Source: an uncultured Planctomycetales bacterium
GTDB taxonomy: Bacteria; Omnitrophota; Gorgyraeia; Aquiviventales; Aquiviventaceae
Reading direction: 5' to 3'
Assembly (NCBI GenBank): GCA_964401235.1
Contig: CAYNXT010000003.1
Coordinates: 1-32,562, forward strand
DNA length: 32,562 nucleotides
The position numbers and the translations under genes are program-made. Shown here one piece after another: positions 29,950 to 32,562 of this stretch (positions are counted from its first letter, which is position 1; every line of letters starts with the position of its first letter). Below the pieces are notes generated by a model that was given only the letters and a program-made list of their open reading frames with translations, had not been told where the DNA came from and ran no database searches.

Positions 29950-31110
29950 ATGAAACTCCACGAATACCAAGCGAAGCGGCTCCTGTCCCCCCTCGGCATT
30001 CCTGTGCCTAGAGGCGTCGTTGCCAAAACCCCCCAAGAAGCTGCCACCGCGTACGAAACCCTCAAGCGTGAGTGTAACGTCAAAGCCCAACTTCATGCCG
30101 GCGGGCGAGGGAAAGCCGGAGGCATTCTCGTGGCGCGCAGCTCGCAAGAGGCTTTTCAGTACGCGGCGGCGTTGCTGGGGCGCCGGCTGGTGACTCAGCA
30201 GACCGGGCCTGAAGGGCTGCCGGTGTCTGCGGTGTTGCTTGATGAGCGCATTGATGTCGCGCGCGAGCTGTACCTGGCGCTGACCATCGACCGGTTTCAC
30301 TCGCAGCCTATAGTTTTGGCCAGCTCGCGCGGCGGCATGGATATTGAAGAGGTGGCGGCGAGTGAGCCCGATGCCATTGCTCGAGAAGCCTTTGACGTCG
30401 AGGAAGGGTTATCCGCAGCCCAACTCGCCCGGATCGCCGATCGCCTGGGGTGCGCAGAGGCTCATGCGGCGATGTGCGCGAGGATCGTGAGCGCGCTCTG
30501 GATCGCGTTTGAGTCGCACGATGCCTCGCTGATCGAAATCAACCCCCTGGTGATGACGACCGATGAGCGGCTCTTGGCACTCGATGCGAAAATGACGCTG
30601 GATGACAACGCCCTATTTCGTCATCCGGATCTGGCGGAGTTGCGGGATGAGAGCCAGGAGCATCCGCTTGAGCTCAAGGCCGCTCGCATCGGGATTTCCT
30701 ATGTGGGGCTCAGTGGCAACATCGGATGCCTGGTCAATGGGGCAGGGTTGGCGATGGCGACGAACGATATCATCACGCTCGTTGGCGGGACTCCGGCCAA
30801 CTTTTTAGACGTCGGTGGCGGCGCGAATGTGGACCAGGTGACGAACGCCTTTGCCATTATTCTGGCCGATCCGCGCGTCAAGGCGGTCCTCGTCAATATT
30901 TTTGGCGGCATCATGCGCTGCGATTGGATCGCCCAGGGACTGCTCAACGCGACACAGCAACTGGAGGTCAAGGTTCCTATTGTCGTGCGGCTGCAGGGCA
31001 CGAATGTCGAGGAAGGGCGTCGACTGCTCACCCAGGCCAAACGGCTCAACTTAATCAGCGTGGATGAGCTTGAGGCCGCCGCCCGCAAGGCGGTGGAGTT
31101 GGCACGATGA
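29950..31110 (+). CDS. sucC: succinyl-CoA synthetase beta subunit
   Basis: [15 protein letters not shown]-grasp, [28 protein letters not shown]. Confidence 0.95.
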   Translation: MKLHEYQAKRLLSPLGIPVPRGVVAKTPQEAATAYETLKRECNVKAQLHAGGRGKAGGILVARSSQEAFQYAAALLGRRLVTQQTGPEGLPVSAVLLDERIDVARELYLALTIDRFHSQPIVLASSRGGMDIEEVAASEPDAIAREAFDVEEGLSAAQLARIADRLGCAEAHAAMCARIVSALWIAFESHDASLIEINPLVMTTDERLLALDAKMTLDDNALFRHPDLAELRDESQEHPLELKAARIGISYVGLSGNIGCLVNGAGLAMATNDIITLVGGTPANFLDVGGGANVDQVTNAFAIILADPRVKAVLVNIFGGIMRCDWIAQGLLNATQQLEVKVPIVVRLQGTNVEEGRRLLTQAKRLNLISVDELEAAARKAVELAR

Positions 31111-31973
31111 GCGTGCTGATCGGAAAAGACACCCGCGTGTTGGTGCAGGGCATCACGGGCCAGGCTGGAGCGTTTCACACCGAGAAGATGCTGGAGTATC
31201 ACACGCAGGTTGTTGGTGGAGTCACGCCTGGCAAAGGCGGCTCGCAGGTGCACGGCGTGCCGGTGTTCAATAGCGTGCATGAAGCGGTGCAGGCTACTCG
31301 AGCGAATGCGACCGTCATGTTTGTTCCGGCCAAGTTTGCCTACGCTGCCATCATGGAAGCCCTTGAAGCCAAGATTCCTTTGGTTGTTGTGATCACCGAA
31401 GGGATTCCCACGCTCGACATGGTGCGGATCAAACGCCGCTTGCGCGGGACAACCATCCGACTGATCGGTCCCAACTGCCCAGGACTCATTACGCCTGGCG
31501 CCTGCAAGCTCGGGATCATGCCAGGGGACATCCATAAGCCGGGCGGCATCGGCGTGATCTCCCGTAGCGGCACCCTCACCTACGATGCGGTGTATCAACT
31601 CACCCAGGTAGGGCTGGGGCAATCCACCTGCGTTGGAATTGGCGGCGATCCTGTGATCGGGTCGGGCTTCACGAATCTGCTCGCACTCTTTGAGGCCGAT
31701 CCTCAAACCGACGCCATTGTGCTCATCGGTGAGATTGGGGGGACCGAAGAAGAAGAAGCCGCCGCCTTCATCAAAGCGAAGGTACGCAAACCCGTCTTTG
31801 CCTTCATCGCCGGAAAAATGGCGCCGAAGGAAAAGCGCATGGGGCATGCGGGGGCGATTATCGCCGGAGGCAAAGGGACCGCAACAGAAAAAATCAACGC
31901 GCTGCGCGCTGCCGGTGTGACCATGATTGAGAGTCCTGCCGCAATCGGCCAGACGGTTCGAAACTCTTCATAA
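31107..31973 (+). CDS. sucD: succinyl-CoA synthetase alpha subunit
   Basis: [29 protein letters not shown], and catalytic His in [12 protein letters not shown] overlap with sucC. Confidence 0.95.
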   Translation: MSVLIGKDTRVLVQGITGQAGAFHTEKMLEYHTQVVGGVTPGKGGSQVHGVPVFNSVHEAVQATRANATVMFVPAKFAYAAIMEALEAKIPLVVVITEGIPTLDMVRIKRRLRGTTIRLIGPNCPGLITPGACKLGIMPGDIHKPGGIGVISRSGTLTYDAVYQLTQVGLGQSTCVGIGGDPVIGSGFTNLLALFEADPQTDAIVLIGEIGGTEEEEAAAFIKAKVRKPVFAFIAGKMAPKEKRMGHAGAIIAGGKGTATEKINALRAAGVTMIESPAAIGQTVRNSS

Positions 31974-32033
31974 ATTTCCTTAGGAACCTGGTAAGACGGC
32001 ATAAAGATCAGGTATGCTCTGATTAGGTGCTAA

Positions 32034-32562
32034 ATGCCGCGTGAACTGCTTGTCGTAGATGACGAACCGAAGATTTGCTTAGCGCTGAAGGCTTTTTTTG
32101 AAGAAAAAGGCTTTCATGTCGTCGTGGCGTCGACCGGCAAATTAGCACTCGAGCAGCTCCCCGGCCATCCGGCCGATGCGGTGTTGCTGGACTTACGGCT
32201 GCAAGACGGCTCGGGCTTGGATGTTCTCTCCCAGATTAAAGCCAAGTTTCCCCATCAGCGCGTGATTATTATTAGCAGCCTCTCAGATCAGGAGACCATT
32301 CAGGAAGCGCTCCACCGCGGTGCGAGCAACTATCTCACCAAACCCTTTGATTTTAGCACCTGTTTCTACGCTGCGATGGGGATTGAAACGGTGGATTTGG
32401 TCGTATTTGAAGCGGATGCGGAGGCGCTGCGCCGAGTGCCGCCGGCGGTGGCGAAACAGTATCACGTGGTGCCGATTCGGCTCACCGATCATACCCTGCA
32501 CCTGGCCATGAACGATCCCTTCGACGTGCAGCGAGTGGATGAACTGAAGATGCTCTTGGCCT
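32034..32562 (+). CDS. response regulator receiver domain fused to a GspE_N/MshEN-like domain (3' end outside the window)
   Basis: Not in the ORF track because it has no stop in the window. My own translation from ATG 32034 gives MPRELLVVDDEPKICLALKAFFEEKGFHVVVA...AVLLDLRLQDGSGLDVL...IIISSLSD...YLTKPF, then EALRRVPPAVAKQYHVVPIRLTDHTLHLAMNDPFDVQRVDELKMLL. Confidence 0.8.
   Translation, partial: MPRELLVVDDEPKICLALKAFFEEKGFHVVVASTGKLALEQLPGHPADAVLLDLRLQDGSGLDVLSQIKAKFPHQRVIIISSLSDQETIQEALHRGASNYLTKPFDFSTCFYAAMGIETVDLVVFEADAEALRRVPPAVAKQYHVVPIRLTDHTLHLAMNDPFDVQRVDELKMLLA

Noticed and set aside
30699-31847. 382-aa ORF on the minus strand, antisense to sucC/sucD
   Set aside because: It lies entirely within two strongly recognisable + strand genes. 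The translation is R/G/A/P-rich with no recognisable motif. This is the typical antisense open frame of GC-rich DNA.
27785-31973. The mdh-gltA-sucC-sucD block as an unusual system
   Set aside because: These are ordinary central-metabolism genes with canonical motifs and normal ATGA couplings. Only the repeat array in the gltA-sucC spacer is noteworthy, and it is reported separately.

Overview
GC-rich (roughly 60%) bacterial chromosomal segment. Every credible gene is on the + strand, and many are coupled by ATGA/TAATG/TGATG stop-start overlaps. In order:

- **Translation genes:** thrS (5' partial)-infC-rpmI-rplT, then an APC permease fused to a USP domain, then pheS-pheT.
- **Sulfate activation:** cysC and an Fe-S-type cysH.
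- **Low-GC islet:** about 1.5 kb (9287-10815) with three unrecognisable small ORFs.
- **rarA** plus a truncated orphan RelE-like toxin.
- **sat** and a NitT/TauT-type ABC importer.
- **Sulfur-carrier cluster:** JAMM protease, CysM, Cys-less TusA-like protein, Zn-ribbon ThrC-like enzyme, MoaD/CysO-like carrier, MoeB-like E1, NIL-domain protein.
- **CaCA-type exchanger.**
- **Alpha-glucan cluster:** DUF4912, GH57, glgA, PfkB kinase.
- **TCA block:** mdh-gltA-sucC-sucD.
- **Response regulator** fused to an MshEN/GspE_N-like domain (3' partial).

No rRNA, tRNA, CRISPR array, transposase or integrase was found.

Three signals deserve most attention:
1. A set of intra-operon spacers is filled by 7- or 8-nt-periodic tandem arrays arranged as inverted arms. 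They share an architecture but not a sequence, and they end at start codons that mostly lack a Shine-Dalgarno.
2. The low-GC three-ORF islet and its 325-nt structured upstream region split the sulfate-assimilation genes.
3. The sulfur-carrier cluster pairs one GG-AS-capped carrier with two PLP enzymes (CysM and a ThrC homologue). This suggests carrier-thiocarboxylate-dependent synthesis of both cysteine and homocysteine.

Two other spacers (2643-2757 and 26384-26489) are closed by perfect 13- and 15-bp long-range stems, and a perfect 30-nt palindrome sits between the carrier and E1 genes. All functional calls come from reading the translations by eye; no database search was run.
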